Positions 44,815 through 55,302 of a DNA stretch of 64,000 bases are shown here, in pieces. Numbering within the stretch: position 1 is the stretch's first letter; every line of letters begins with the position of its first letter. The position numbers and the translations under genes were made by a program. The notes beneath the pieces were generated by a model. The model was not told the DNA's origin and did no database searches. It saw only the letters and a program-made list of their open reading frames with translations. The stretch spans positions 38,271 through 102,270 of the forward strand of contig JAWBTQ010000004.1 in the NCBI GenBank assembly GCA_038841535.1, written 5' to 3'. The DNA comes from Sulfolobales archaeon. GTDB taxonomy: Archaea > Thermoproteota > Thermoprotei_A > Sulfolobales > NBVN01.

Positions 44815-44934
44815 AAGTACCTTATTTTTCTCTCGATATTCATCCTTTACATTGCTTCAGGGATTTCAGGTTAGACAGGCAATACGTATTTTACACTTAT
44901 AAGTTCCGCAATAAAGTCATTAAGGGCGTTAAAG

Positions 44935-45315
44935 GTGGTCGATAAGAATGCTGTTATCGAAAGGCTGAAAGAAGCTCTTAAGAACGTATACGACCCAGAG
45001 ATTCCCATAAACATATGGGATCTAGGGCTGATCTATGGTATCGACGTAGATGATTCCGGTAACGTGAGGATCAAGATGACTCTGACAGCTCCAGGATGCC
45101 CTATAGTATCATTCCTGCTTCACCAAGTTCAGGAGTCTATATATGGAGCTCTAGCCGATATTAAAGACATTAACGAAGTTAATATCGACCTAGTCTTTGA
45201 TCCCCCGTGGGACCCAACTAAGATGACCGAGGAAGGAAGAAGGAGGTTTAAGGAGTTATTTGGTTACGATATTCTAGAGTCTTACTCTAAGAGAGGGCTT
45301 TTAAAGCAAACTTGA
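44935..45315 (+). CDS. DUF59/MIP18-family Fe-S cluster assembly protein (SufT/PaaD-like)
   Basis: YDPEIPINIWDLGLIY...MTLTAPGCP signature. Confidence 0.85.
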   Translation: MVDKNAVIERLKEALKNVYDPEIPINIWDLGLIYGIDVDDSGNVRIKMTLTAPGCPIVSFLLHQVQESIYGALADIKDINEVNIDLVFDPPWDPTKMTEEGRRRFKELFGYDILESYSKRGLLKQT

Positions 45316-45328
45316 ACTGGGGGATAAG

Positions 45329-45844
45329 TTGCCTATAGAGCAGCACAGACGGGATGCTGCCGAAATTCCTGTCTCAGTGTGTGTTGTAGTTACTAGTGAT
45401 AAAGTACTTCGTGGTGTTTACTCAGATGAGGTTACTGGTTTAGTTGCGAGATTAGTCGCTAAGTATGGGTGTGAACTGAAGAACCACACCTTAGTTCCGA
45501 ATAACAGAGAGTCTATAGCTTCAGCAGTAGCAGAAAGCCTTAGGAGATGCGATGTCGTTGTGGTATCGGGTGGGACGGGCCTCGGTCCTAGGGACCTATC
45601 GGTTGATGTAGTAAGAGAAATATGCTCTAAAGACATTCCCGGATTCGGTGAACTGTTTCGGTATATAACCTTCCAAACGTATGGTACAGCAGCTCTTGCG
45701 ACAAGGGCCATGGCCTGTGCTGCCGGAGATAGATTAGTGTTCGTTACTCCAGGCTCACCCAGCGCAGTCGAACTCGCATTAGACAAGCTAGTACTTCCAG
45801 AAGTAAAGCACCTTGTAGCTGAATTACGGGAACTGAGACATTAA
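45329..45844 (+). CDS. moaB: Molybdenum cofactor biosynthesis protein B (MoaB/MogA family)
   Basis: VVVSGGTGLGPRDLSVD and the PGSP motif. Confidence 0.85.
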   Translation: MPIEQHRRDAAEIPVSVCVVVTSDKVLRGVYSDEVTGLVARLVAKYGCELKNHTLVPNNRESIASAVAESLRRCDVVVVSGGTGLGPRDLSVDVVREICSKDIPGFGELFRYITFQTYGTAALATRAMACAAGDRLVFVTPGSPSAVELALDKLVLPEVKHLVAELRELRH

Positions 45845-45878
45845 GCTCCAGCTAGTAACGAATTAGCGCAATCTTCGC

Positions 45879-47405
45879 TTACGGTGATAGTTTGTTAACT
45901 ACATGATCTAGAGGGAATACTACTCTCTGCCAAGGTCTTTCGCTTTGAGATCTACGTCTAAGCGGAAACCCTGTGTCAACTCCGAGAGTGCTAGATAGTT
46001 CCGCTATGCTTCGCCTCGATAGTCCTTTGAGGGCTAGAGATGTAGCCAGCTTTCCAACGTTTCTATTCCCAAGAGCTATGAGGGACTGGATGAAAGCATA
46101 AAGCCAGCGGAGGTAAGCAATAGAGCCCCCTCCAAGCTCCTTCTTGAAGAGCCCAACTTTTTTGAGGTACTCATCTTCGGTAATTAGTGGATAATCTTGC
46201 AGAGGTGTGTGCGGCTTAGGCACTAATGGGTTTATGTTTATTGTCATATTTCTACGCAGCTTACGCGAGTGAGACATTAGATACTTCACGTTCTTTATAG
46301 TCTCGAGAACATGCTCTTCTCGCTCCAGTGGAAGACCGACCATTATGTAAAGCTTGACGTTGAACCCTTTCTTAAGGGCTGATATCGCAAGTTCACTAAA
46401 AGTGCTGAAATTGAAGCACTTGCCGATATAGCAGCTTAACTCGAGGTTCATTGATTCAGGCGCGAGAGTAAGAGTTCTCTGGCTCGATAGCGATATGAGG
46501 TCTAGGTCGTCAAGTCTCAAGGTGTCCCACCTGATCGACGGTATCGAGAAGTCAATTTTGTTGTCAGCCATGTAGATTAAGAAGTCTCTAAAGCTGGGGT
46601 GGTCAAACGGTGAAAGTGAGTAAATTACCACTCTCCTTCGTCGAGTGAACTTCAAACCCTCACTCACTAAGCTCTTTACGGTCTCAAGGCTTCTGCACCT
46701 AAATGGATGCATAGTGTAGGCTTCAAGGCAGAACTTACACAACCATCTGCAACCTCTAGATATCTCGATGTAGAAACCTTCACCGTAGACTGGCTCTACG
46801 CTTCTCGATCTGATCTCGGCTACTGGGTGAGGAGTGTTGTTTAAGTCTTCTACATAGACCTTCCTAGTGCTAGCCTCACCAGTGTATAGACCGTCACCTA
46901 TAGATTCCAAGAAGCCAGTCGGTTTATCAGGTAGTAGGCTAAGTGAGCGAGCGAGTTTTTCTAAGAGGATCTCACCATCACCCACAAAGCACGCGTCAGC
47001 AACTTCTAGAAAAGGTTCTGGATTAGCCATCGCAGCAAGTCCACCTACCAGTATCACTGGTTTTTTCTTTCTTTTCTCAGCATTGAGCTCGATTCCAGAT
47101 TCATTGAGCAATTTTGATAAATATAGTAGGTCTAACTCGTAGTTAGCACTAACGAGAAGTAGGTCGAATTCGCGGAGCTTACGCGATGTGATAGCGCCTT
47201 CGTTCGGGTTATCCAGCGTAAACCTATCGACTAGGGCATCGCTTTTCTCGATTAAGAAATAGTAGGCTATGTGAGTAAATAGATTAGTAATCGAGGCTTG
47301 GTACGTGCTTGGGTATACAAGTGCTACCCTAGGATAGCCAGAGGCTCTTAGGTAAACGTTATACTCTCTAAACTTACCAGAGTGTAATGCTAATTTCCAC
47401 ACCAA
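45879..47405 (-). CDS. Radical SAM protein with B12-binding-like N-terminal domain
   Basis: Canonical ISRGCRWLCKFC (CxxxCxxC) after a Rossmann-like N-domain. Confidence 0.8.
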   Translation of the reverse strand: MVWKLALHSGKFREYNVYLRASGYPRVALVYPSTYQASITNLFTHIAYYFLIEKSDALVDRFTLDNPNEGAITSRKLREFDLLLVSANYELDLLYLSKLLNESGIELNAEKRKKKPVILVGGLAAMANPEPFLEVADACFVGDGEILLEKLARSLSLLPDKPTGFLESIGDGLYTGEASTRKVYVEDLNNTPHPVAEIRSRSVEPVYGEGFYIEISRGCRWLCKFCLEAYTMHPFRCRSLETVKSLVSEGLKFTRRRRVVIYSLSPFDHPSFRDFLIYMADNKIDFSIPSIRWDTLRLDDLDLISLSSQRTLTLAPESMNLELSCYIGKCFNFSTFSELAISALKKGFNVKLYIMVGLPLEREEHVLETIKNVKYLMSHSRKLRRNMTININPLVPKPHTPLQDYPLITEDEYLKKVGLFKKELGGGSIAYLRWLYAFIQSLIALGNRNVGKLATSLALKGLSRRSIAELSSTLGVDTGFPLRRRSQSERPWQRVVFPLDHVVNKLSP

Positions 47406-47455
47406 CGGTAATGAGTTTAGAGAGTAAAAAGGAGCTAGTATCTCCTTATACCGAA

Positions 47456-48784
47456 CTACCCTAACCCGGTTCGAGCTAAGAACTCACTCACTAAGTCAGC
47501 GATAGATGGTCCATCAACTACTCTAAGCTCCCAGGTAACTTTAACTATAGGAACATTTACATCTAATAGGCTCGATATGTCGGCTGGAGTTCCAAGGATT
47601 ACGCAGTCTGCTTTCATTCTTCTTAGTGTCTCGTTGAGGTCTTTTAACTGCTCTGGGGTGTAACCCGTGGAAGGTACTACGGGACCCATTTGGGGGTACT
47701 CCTCAAGCATCACCTTGATTATACCGACAGCATAAGGTCTCGGGTTCACTATTTCAGCCGCTCCGTACTTCTCTGCAGCAACATATCCCGCACCGTATGG
47801 CAGACCTCCGTGAGTAACGGATGGCGAGTCCTCTATTACGGCGACTCTCCTACCTTTAACGAGCTCGGGTTTGTCTACAGCTACTTCCATATCTGCTAGA
47901 ACTATTTTCGCCTTGGGATTAACACTCTTTACATTTGATACCACTCTTTCGACGTTTTCTTTACGAGCTCTCGAGACCTTGTTGATCACTACTGCGTCTG
48001 CCAGTCTTGTGTTAATCTCGCCAGGGTAAGCGGATACCTCTTGTCCTGGTCTCATAGCGTCTGCTACGGTGATCATATAGTCAAACTTTATGAAAGGCGT
48101 GTCGTTGTTACCTCCGTCCCACAGTATGGCATCCCCAAGCTTCTCAGCCTCAAGAAGTATTCTTCCGTAGTCCACACCTGCGAGTACTGGGAGGCTTAGT
48201 CTTATGTACTGCTCGTACTCCTCCCTCTCTTCTACAGTGATCCCGTACTTGGCGAAGTCCTCCTCGGATCTGAACACCTGTATAGAAGACTTAACTAAAT
48301 CTCCATATGCCATTGGATGTCTAATCGGGACAACTCTAATACCCCTCTTGATCAGCTCCCGAACTACTGCTCTCGATACAGTGGACTTGCCGGCACCTGT
48401 TCTTACAGCAGTAACTGCGATAACAGGCTTATAGGACCTCAGAAAAGTCTCGTGCGGAGATAGCAGCTTGAACGATGCTCCAGACGAGAGCGCTATTGAA
48501 GCAAACCTTCCAACGTCCTGATACGTTAAGTCACTATAGGATAGCACTACTTCGTCTACCTTAAGCTCTTTAATGAGCCTGGGAAGCTCGCTCTCGGGGT
48601 ATATGGGAATCCCCTGAGGATATCTTGGCCCGGCAAGCTCTGGAGGAAACCTCCTTCTCTCAATGCCAGGTATTTGAGTAGCAGTAAAGGCTACTACCTC
48701 GTAGTCTTGCCTGTCTTTGAAGTAGGTAAGGAAGTTATGGAAGTCTCTTCCACCAGCACCAGCAATAATTACTCTCCTAACCAT
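47456..48784 (-). CDS. COG2403-family predicted P-loop GTPase (cyclic 2,3-diphosphoglycerate synthetase-like)
   Basis: RVIIAGAGGRDFHNF...YEVVAFTATQIPGI, P-loop RTGAGKST, WDGGNND; function not assignable. Confidence 0.7.
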   Translation of the reverse strand: MVRRVIIAGAGGRDFHNFLTYFKDRQDYEVVAFTATQIPGIERRRFPPELAGPRYPQGIPIYPESELPRLIKELKVDEVVLSYSDLTYQDVGRFASIALSSGASFKLLSPHETFLRSYKPVIAVTAVRTGAGKSTVSRAVVRELIKRGIRVVPIRHPMAYGDLVKSSIQVFRSEEDFAKYGITVEEREEYEQYIRLSLPVLAGVDYGRILLEAEKLGDAILWDGGNNDTPFIKFDYMITVADAMRPGQEVSAYPGEINTRLADAVVINKVSRARKENVERVVSNVKSVNPKAKIVLADMEVAVDKPELVKGRRVAVIEDSPSVTHGGLPYGAGYVAAEKYGAAEIVNPRPYAVGIIKVMLEEYPQMGPVVPSTGYTPEQLKDLNETLRRMKADCVILGTPADISSLLDVNVPIVKVTWELRVVDGPSIADLVSEFLARTGLG

Positions 48785-48861
48785 GCTATCCCCACAAGTT
48801 TTAGTTTACTCTAATAAATATTTTTTGTAGGCAGTAGAATTTTTATCTATCTCTAGATGTC

Positions 48862-49944
48862 TTACATTTTAATAGCTATTTTAGTAAGCTCATCTATTAC
48901 TCTGAGAGTCGCTACGGCGTCTCGCAGATCAGGAGCTTTAACGTCCTTACCACGGCATCTCTCTACAAATACTCTAAGCTCTTCTTTTAGAGGTTCCCCA
49001 TTGCTAGCCTCGACCCGCATGCTACCAGACTCTGTTATTACGGTTAGTACTCTCGAGATCAGGTCGGTTCTTATAATACCTCGATCTGTTAGAGCATCTA
49101 TTTCTCTGATTTTTACGGGAAGCACCCCATCGGCCTCGAATACAACGTCTACTCTGTCGTAGATAGCTTCAGCTACCGCTCTCTGCGGTACTCCGCCGTC
49201 AACAGCAAATGAAGAGAACAGAGGTCTTACCTCACGTGAATTAAGCAAGTAGAAAGCTAGGTCAATATCATGGGACATGAGGTCGAGAGTCACTGGGTAG
49301 TTTCGCATGTGAGGAGGTCTTCTTGATAGTCTCCTGAAGCGTAAAGCATAAATGTGTTTATCGCTAATCTGACGCACAAGTTCTACAACAGCTGGGTCAA
49401 ACCTAGAGAGATAGCCGACTTGGTGCACTATTCCCCTAGCATCAGCAAGAGTCAAGAGATTGCTAGCCTCCTCATAGGTTTCAGCAGCAGGTTTCTCTAT
49501 GAACACACACGAAGCAGTATCCATGGCTTCGACAGCGTTTTGGTAGAGCGTGCTTATGGGAGTAGCTATAATGAAGGCCTCCCCCGAGACTTCACTGACG
49601 CGGCTGGCCAAAGCCCGAAAGCCGTACTTCCTAGAAAGCTCTAGGGCTCGGGATACGTCTACATCCACCACGTAGCTTAGATCGACTAAACCCTCAATCT
49701 CTAGCTCCTTTAGAGACCTAGCGATGTTGGTTCCCCATTTACCAGCTCCAACGAGCGTTATTCTTACTGGGCTCAAGCAGATCCCAGCGTAGAGCAAGCT
49801 AAGCAAAAAATTCTTACACAACTCATAGCTTAAGTCACTATAAACACGTAGAAGTGGATCCCTGGCTGTCCTAAGTTTATACAGACTTACGTTAAATTGC
49901 CTTAGCTTCTCTACGTGCTTACTGGGGACTACCTGAGACCCCAC
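48862..49944 (-). CDS. Gfo/Idh/MocA-family NAD(P)-dependent oxidoreductase
   Basis: Rossmann ITLVGAGKWG. The ORF-track N-terminal 55 aa or so may be spurious; an in-frame TTG at 49776 would give MSPVRITLVGAG. Confidence 0.7.
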   Translation of the reverse strand: MGSQVVPSKHVEKLRQFNVSLYKLRTARDPLLRVYSDLSYELCKNFLLSLLYAGICLSPVRITLVGAGKWGTNIARSLKELEIEGLVDLSYVVDVDVSRALELSRKYGFRALASRVSEVSGEAFIIATPISTLYQNAVEAMDTASCVFIEKPAAETYEEASNLLTLADARGIVHQVGYLSRFDPAVVELVRQISDKHIYALRFRRLSRRPPHMRNYPVTLDLMSHDIDLAFYLLNSREVRPLFSSFAVDGGVPQRAVAEAIYDRVDVVFEADGVLPVKIREIDALTDRGIIRTDLISRVLTVITESGSMRVEASNGEPLKEELRVFVERCRGKDVKAPDLRDAVATLRVIDELTKIAIKM

Positions 49945-50030
49945 GCAGTCTGTATCAAGGTAATGGTCGTGCTTTAGGATTAAAATCAGGGGCTGATTTG
50001 AAGAATATGTATGGGGTATAGGAGCAGACT

Positions 50031-50075
50031 CTACTTCTTCTGTTCTTTCTCCTCCTTCTGTTCTTTCTTCTTTCT
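50031..50075. repeat. Polypyrimidine (plus strand) tract with direct repeat CTTCTGTTCTTTCT x2
   Basis: The repeats at 50037-50050 and 50055-50068 are identical. The tract contains only 3 purines in 45 nt. Confidence 0.85.
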
Positions 50076-50180
50076 GGCTTTACAGGGCATAGCATCACCA
50101 ATTCTATATACAATCGAGAAACTTAATAAGATCGAAGTAAGAGAGGACTTTATGCGACTTCTTTTACTCTTAGGGGTTCA

Positions 50181-51119
50181 TCATCTCTGCGGGGTAGTCG
50201 TTAGATTAGCTCTTTTCAACTTGTTAAGTAAGTAGTTGTATAATCCAGTTATGACCCTATACGTGGACCCTCTAAAAGCAGGCATAGAGTTTTCTAGCTG
50301 CCTAGCATACGCGAGCTCTATATCGCTACTTAAAACACTATGGTATACTTCCTCAGTACTCGTAACACCCTCATTAATCATGTTGCTAATGCGATAAGTC
50401 CACGAAATTAACTTATCTTTAGCTCTTTGTACGAAGATCTCCGGGTTTTCGCTAATCATTCCATAGTGTGCCACTGCTATTATCCTTGGCTGAAGCTTCA
50501 GTGTCAGATCTAAGCTACTCAAGTACTCGTCTCCATCGAATGGGTGGACAGTAACCGGGTATATCCTTCCATTAAAGTAGTTAGCTATAGAATCACCGGC
50601 AAAGAGTATGTCAACAGGGTCAAGCATATAGGATACGTGGTGCGCAGCATGTCCTGGAGTGTAAACAGGCACTAACACAAAGTCTCCTAAGTTAACTCCA
50701 ACTCTATTCTCTACAGCTAAAATTCGGCTTTGTGGAACCGGTCTGGGCTCTCCAAGCAGCCTTGCTATATCTCCTAGGACATCAAGTGATGAGCTCCAGA
50801 GTTTCGAAGGATCGGTTAAGTGCCTGACTCCACGAGGATGAACGAGCACCCTGGCACTCGGTAAGTACTCAAGTAGGTCACCAACAACTCCAGAGTGATC
50901 TATGTGAACGTGTGTTAACGCTATGTATACTTCTTTAAGGCGGTCTAAATTCATCGCATCAATGAACTCCTTAAAGCTCTCTAGAGAGGCTTTTGGACCA
51001 GGGTCAACGATAGCTATAGACTTACTTCCTACTATGACATAGGTCGCTAGCCACCCAGCCGTACCCGACGGCTCTAAGTCAGCTATCAATACCCCTTCTG
51101 AAACCTTCTCCACCCTCAC
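50181..51119 (-). CDS. MBL-fold metallo-hydrolase
   Basis: THVHIDHSG (HxHxDH) and TPGHAAHH. Confidence 0.8.
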   Translation of the reverse strand: MRVEKVSEGVLIADLEPSGTAGWLATYVIVGSKSIAIVDPGPKASLESFKEFIDAMNLDRLKEVYIALTHVHIDHSGVVGDLLEYLPSARVLVHPRGVRHLTDPSKLWSSSLDVLGDIARLLGEPRPVPQSRILAVENRVGVNLGDFVLVPVYTPGHAAHHVSYMLDPVDILFAGDSIANYFNGRIYPVTVHPFDGDEYLSSLDLTLKLQPRIIAVAHYGMISENPEIFVQRAKDKLISWTYRISNMINEGVTSTEEVYHSVLSSDIELAYARQLENSMPAFRGSTYRVITGLYNYLLNKLKRANLTTTPQR

Positions 51120-51236
51120 GTTATCACACCACCACTTGAACCGAAAGATAGAAACTTAAGCATAGACCAGACACGCTGAAGACGAGCACTAAGCCTAGGA
51201 CTACTTAAAGCTTTGAAAGGTACGGCAGTTCTTTCT

Positions 51237-51968
51237 CTAGGCAGTTCTTCTAAGACTGTTTAAGAAGTTTACACCTCCTCTAAAGTCTAACGGGGAAGAC
51301 ACTAAGAATCCGTCAACTAAGTGAGAGTTATTTAAAGCAACTTCAAGTGCCTTCTCTGCTAGCAATACCCTCTCTCTACCTAGTAAATTAGCTAAAGCTC
51401 CATAGCTGTTCTCAGTGGCCACGATAAGGTAAGGATATATTTTAACGTTAGCACTCCTTGCCACCCTGGAGACTCTCTCCAGCTTCTCGAAGGTTTTCTC
51501 ACTAAGGTTTAGTATAAGGTAAAAGTCTGCGCTAGAGCCCATTCTCTTAAGGATCTCGGTTAGGTCTTTCCTCAAGCTTATAGTAAGACCTGGGCTTATG
51601 TTAAGGCTTAGCTGCTTGACTAAACTTACTGCGTTCTCCGGCTCTAAGTCTCTAACAACACTAGAGTTCTGCACTACATCACCTCTAACGTAGACTACAC
51701 GCTCAACTCCACAAAGCTCTAGGCTTTTCGTCGCTGACGTTAGGGCCACGCGGCTTAAGTCTATAGTTCTGATATGGGCGATGACCCTAACTTCCTCTAC
51801 CGACTTAACAAGGCAACTAACTAGAGGAGAAAATTGAGAAGTAGAACCCATAGGAGAGTCTGGGACATCTATCCAATCGACTATCTCCTTAAGAACATTC
51901 AGTCTAGCACGTAGCTCCTCCCTCTTTTTAACGGGCGCGAGCTCATAGAGTAGCTCCAAGTAAGTCAC
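51237..51968 (-). CDS. Methylenetetrahydrofolate reductase-like (MetF-like) protein, short archaeal form
   Basis: Loose collinearity with MTHFR: LYELAPV, DVPDSPMGSTS, HIRTIDLSR...LCGVERVVYVRGD. It lies next to split metE. Confidence 0.5.
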   Translation of the reverse strand: MTYLELLYELAPVKKREELRARLNVLKEIVDWIDVPDSPMGSTSQFSPLVSCLVKSVEEVRVIAHIRTIDLSRVALTSATKSLELCGVERVVYVRGDVVQNSSVVRDLEPENAVSLVKQLSLNISPGLTISLRKDLTEILKRMGSSADFYLILNLSEKTFEKLERVSRVARSANVKIYPYLIVATENSYGALANLLGRERVLLAEKALEVALNNSHLVDGFLVSSPLDFRGGVNFLNSLRRTA

Positions 51969-52055
51969 CTGAGGCTATTGATCTTGGTTTATTAAACATT
52001 TTATAAGGTAACGGTGGTCAGTTTACACAACTCTCTCTGAGCTTTCCTACGTTAA

Positions 52056-53060
52056 CTACCATTCTTCTCTAGCCAATCGAGCCGCTTCTGCTATATTTTT
52101 GAGTTTAGCTTTAGCGATTTCCCTGGGCAACCTCTTAAGACCGCAGTCTGGGTCGAGATATACTTTTTCCGGTCCTATGAAGCCCTCCTTCATTAGCTTA
52201 TCGATCGCTTCCTTAATCTCTTTAACACTCTCTACTTGAAAGCTGTGCACATCAACGACACCGTAGCCTAGCTCCTTGCTGTAGCCTAGTTCTTTAAGAT
52301 GCGGTAGCAACCTAAAGTTGCTGTTCTTCATTTCTAGGTCGAACTGATCAACAGAGTAATCTAAGATAAATGGAAGGATTTTCTCTAACCTTCCGTAGCA
52401 TACGTGAATAATTCTCTTAGCGTTAACGCCCCTAAATACCGCATCAATAGCTTCTTTGAGCATGTCAGCTTCTTCCTTGAAGGGTTTTGTAGATAGAGCT
52501 GGTTCATCTAACTGTACGTAAACTACTCCTCTTTTGACTAGTTCTTCAACTTCCCTCCTAATAGCTTTAGCTATGTCCATCACAAGCTCTTTTCGATCTC
52601 TGTAGTGTAGATCAAAGCTCCACTCAAGCATCGTGTACGGACCTGTTAGCGTCGCCTTCACAGGTCTTCCATCACTCACACTAGAGGCGTAGCTCCATAG
52701 GTCTACGGTTACAGGCCCCACCCACTCCACTTTCCCTATCACGATAGGCTTCTTAAAGTACTCATTATCGAACACTCTAACCCACCCACCGGAGCTAAAG
52801 CCCTTAAACCTCTCCGCAAAGTACACGACCATGTCGTCTCGAGCTTGCTCACCGTCACTCACGATATCGATGCCTGCCCACAAATGGTCTGCCACTACTT
52901 CCCTTATCGGCGGCTTCACCATCTCTTTGAACTCCTCCTCTGTTATCCGCCCAGACTTCCTCATCTTGATAGCGTTTTCTGCTTGCTCTGTCTTTGGGTA
53001 GCTACCTACGACTGTTGTAGGAAACTTTTTTGGTACTTCGTACCGAGTCACGAACCCCAC
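52056..53060 (-). CDS. metE: Cobalamin-independent methionine synthase, catalytic (MetE C-terminal-like) protein
   Basis: Zinc/homocysteine-site motifs HVCYG and DPDCGLK. Confidence 0.85.
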   Translation of the reverse strand: MGFVTRYEVPKKFPTTVVGSYPKTEQAENAIKMRKSGRITEEEFKEMVKPPIREVVADHLWAGIDIVSDGEQARDDMVVYFAERFKGFSSGGWVRVFDNEYFKKPIVIGKVEWVGPVTVDLWSYASSVSDGRPVKATLTGPYTMLEWSFDLHYRDRKELVMDIAKAIRREVEELVKRGVVYVQLDEPALSTKPFKEEADMLKEAIDAVFRGVNAKRIIHVCYGRLEKILPFILDYSVDQFDLEMKNSNFRLLPHLKELGYSKELGYGVVDVHSFQVESVKEIKEAIDKLMKEGFIGPEKVYLDPDCGLKRLPREIAKAKLKNIAEAARLAREEW

Positions 53061-54070
53061 CCCGAAGTCTCTGTGTACCCCAGCTTCGATAAAAGCTTGT
53101 TCGCTAAGATCCTCAAGTTCCTTAGTTTAGAGATACTATACTCGTAAGGTATGAGGTCTAGCCACGTAGTCGTTGTGATACCTACTTCGCTACCGTCGTA
53201 ATTCCTTAGGATTTCGGTAGCTATCTCCACCAGGGTGTCGAGAGGGTCATCGTAGATCGTTCTAGCGTTTACTAGTCCGAGAACGGCGCAGTGAGAGCCA
53301 AAGCCTTTAGCCTTTACGAGTTTTAGTGAGCTACTTGGTGAGTCTCCTATATCAACGGAAACACACGTAACTTTAGATTCTAAGACTTTATCGTATACTC
53401 TTGGTTGAGGTGTGCCGTAGTATAGAGCGAGGACCGTTTTAGACGAGCCAGCTGACCTAGCTATTCTACTCACTAACTCGGCTGCTAATACCCCGGCATC
53501 GGGAGAAATATCGGGGTCGCTGAGGAGTGGTTCATCCACCTGAACCATGGACGCTCCTGCCTCTACGGCTAGCCTAACTTCGCTAACTAAGAGGTCAGCT
53601 ATACTGGAAGCAAGTTCTTCTTGGTTAATACCGGCACTATTTTTCGACATATATGCGAACGTTACTGGTCCAGGTATTACCACCTTAATTTCCGCAGGCT
53701 CCGTGAAAGCTATATACCTTCGGACCCGGGGAGCCCAAACGTAAGAAGAAGCTTCAGGTTTTCCGGTAAAGAGCGGAATTCTATAGAAGAAGTTATTATC
53801 GAAATACCTCAGGAGGTTTGTGGGAGTAACATTACGCCAAGCGGAAACGAACGGCCTAAAGAGATCGTGCCAGTCTAATAGCCCATCAGTTACATACCTC
53901 ATGCCAGCCGAGATCTGAACTCCGAGTACAACTAGGGATGAACTAACCAAGACTTTCTCTAATTCCTCGTAGCTGATTAGACCCTTCTCGTAGTCTCTGA
54001 GGGTCTTCCTTAAAACCTTATTTCTAGGGAAGCCGCCTAGAGGTGAGCACCACACCTCTATAGTAACCAC
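53048..54070 (-). CDS. MetE N-terminal-domain-like protein (non-catalytic paralogue of the methionine synthase barrel)
   Basis: Same barrel pattern ([26 protein letters not shown]) but without the HxC / DCGLK zinc ligands. Overlaps the downstream gene by 13 nt. Confidence 0.7.
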   Translation of the reverse strand: MVTIEVWCSPLGGFPRNKVLRKTLRDYEKGLISYEELEKVLVSSSLVVLGVQISAGMRYVTDGLLDWHDLFRPFVSAWRNVTPTNLLRYFDNNFFYRIPLFTGKPEASSYVWAPRVRRYIAFTEPAEIKVVIPGPVTFAYMSKNSAGINQEELASSIADLLVSEVRLAVEAGASMVQVDEPLLSDPDISPDAGVLAAELVSRIARSAGSSKTVLALYYGTPQPRVYDKVLESKVTCVSVDIGDSPSSSLKLVKAKGFGSHCAVLGLVNARTIYDDPLDTLVEIATEILRNYDGSEVGITTTTWLDLIPYEYSISKLRNLRILANKLLSKLGYTETSGWGS

Positions 54071-54243
54071 CCCGATCTTACCTGGTTAATTAAGCGCGTT
54101 TAGACGCTAAAAGCTTTATGGTTTACGACTGAAGGTTTCATCCCTAAAAGCAGAGAAAGCTGTTAATGCATGTTATCGTTAGATGAGTGCTAAGCTTTAA
54201 GAAGTTTTTGAAAATAATTCTCTAGGTTAAAGGAGATATCGCT

Positions 54244-54816
54244 TTACCAGAATCCTACGAACCCGAGGATGAGGCCTATGACAGCGAATAACCCCACCAC
54301 AACGAGAGGCTCTACTCGGAATACTTCAATGAGGATTAGCGAGGTAGATGTCAATAAGATAGTAACTATTGTTTGAGTATGTGATAGTCCTCTAAAGGTT
54401 CCTCTTGCTAGAGTAAGTACCGCAACTAAAATAAGGCTGAGCGCAGCAATTCTAACTCCTTTAAGCAGATTTTTAACTAGAGGATGCTGATAATAGTGAT
54501 GTAGTACTGTAATAACTGTGAGTGCGATTAAGAAAGTTGGAATGACTACAGCTATTATCGCTACTAGAGACCCAATTAACCCAGCAACTCTATATCCAAC
54601 GAAAGTTGCCATCTTGACAGTTATGGGACCTGGGATGCCTTCTGTTAGTGCTACTAAGTCTATGAACTCTGCTTCCACAAGCAGTTTTCTGTTCTCCACA
54701 AGCTCGTATTTCAAGGTTGGAATAACTACGTGACCACCTCCGAACATGATAAGCCCAGCTTTAAGGAAGGCGATAAAAAGGTCTAGTATGTCTTTAGGTA
54801 GGTGTTCCACTGTCAC
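54244..54816 (-). CDS. Chromate transporter (CHR family), short single-domain form
   Basis: GLIMFGGGHVVIPTL...EFIDLVALTEGIPGP pattern; 190 aa with about 5 TM helices. Confidence 0.8.
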   Translation of the reverse strand: MTVEHLPKDILDLFIAFLKAGLIMFGGGHVVIPTLKYELVENRKLLVEAEFIDLVALTEGIPGPITVKMATFVGYRVAGLIGSLVAIIAVVIPTFLIALTVITVLHHYYQHPLVKNLLKGVRIAALSLILVAVLTLARGTFRGLSHTQTIVTILLTSTSLILIEVFRVEPLVVVGLFAVIGLILGFVGFW

Positions 54817-55098
54817 ACCGACACCTTAATGAGATCTCGTTTATTAAAGTTAGTGATTCTAGGTGGGATTTCCAATAAGCTTATCTAAGCAAGCAGATAA
54901 CGGGAAGTTCCGCAGACACCCACACCTAAACCGTATAAGGCTCAGGTTTCCAAGGTTTTAACGCCTTCATTGCGGTTATGATCTCATTTCACGTAATTGC
55001 TTTACTCTAGTTCTCTTGCTGTTTCAGTAAGTTATGTCGATATCCTGATGGGACTGTGTACTTACGGTGGTTTCAAACTCAAGAGACTTGAAGCTAGC

Positions 55099-55157
55099 TG
55101 TGAGGAGGATTCGGGTAAACCGCGGAGAACATCCATATGGTGACATTGATTAACCTA
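55099..55157 (+). repeat. Possible short or degenerate copy of the intergenic repeat family
   Basis: TGTGAGGAGGATTCGGGTAAACCGCGG resembles blocks in copy C (AAGGATTCTCCCCGCGGGTAAACCG) and the family 5' end TGTGGAGG. Weak. Confidence 0.3.
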
Positions 55158-55302
55158 TGACGTAGACAGTTTCAGTATTCAGCTAGGTCGCTGTGTTGTG
55201 GTGTCAGTAGAGCAAGGCGGGAACAAGTGCTTTAACTGAATAGACTGCACGAGCGACTAATTCGGGTTATTACTTAAAAGTACTCACTTCCTTAGGTCTT
55301 CA

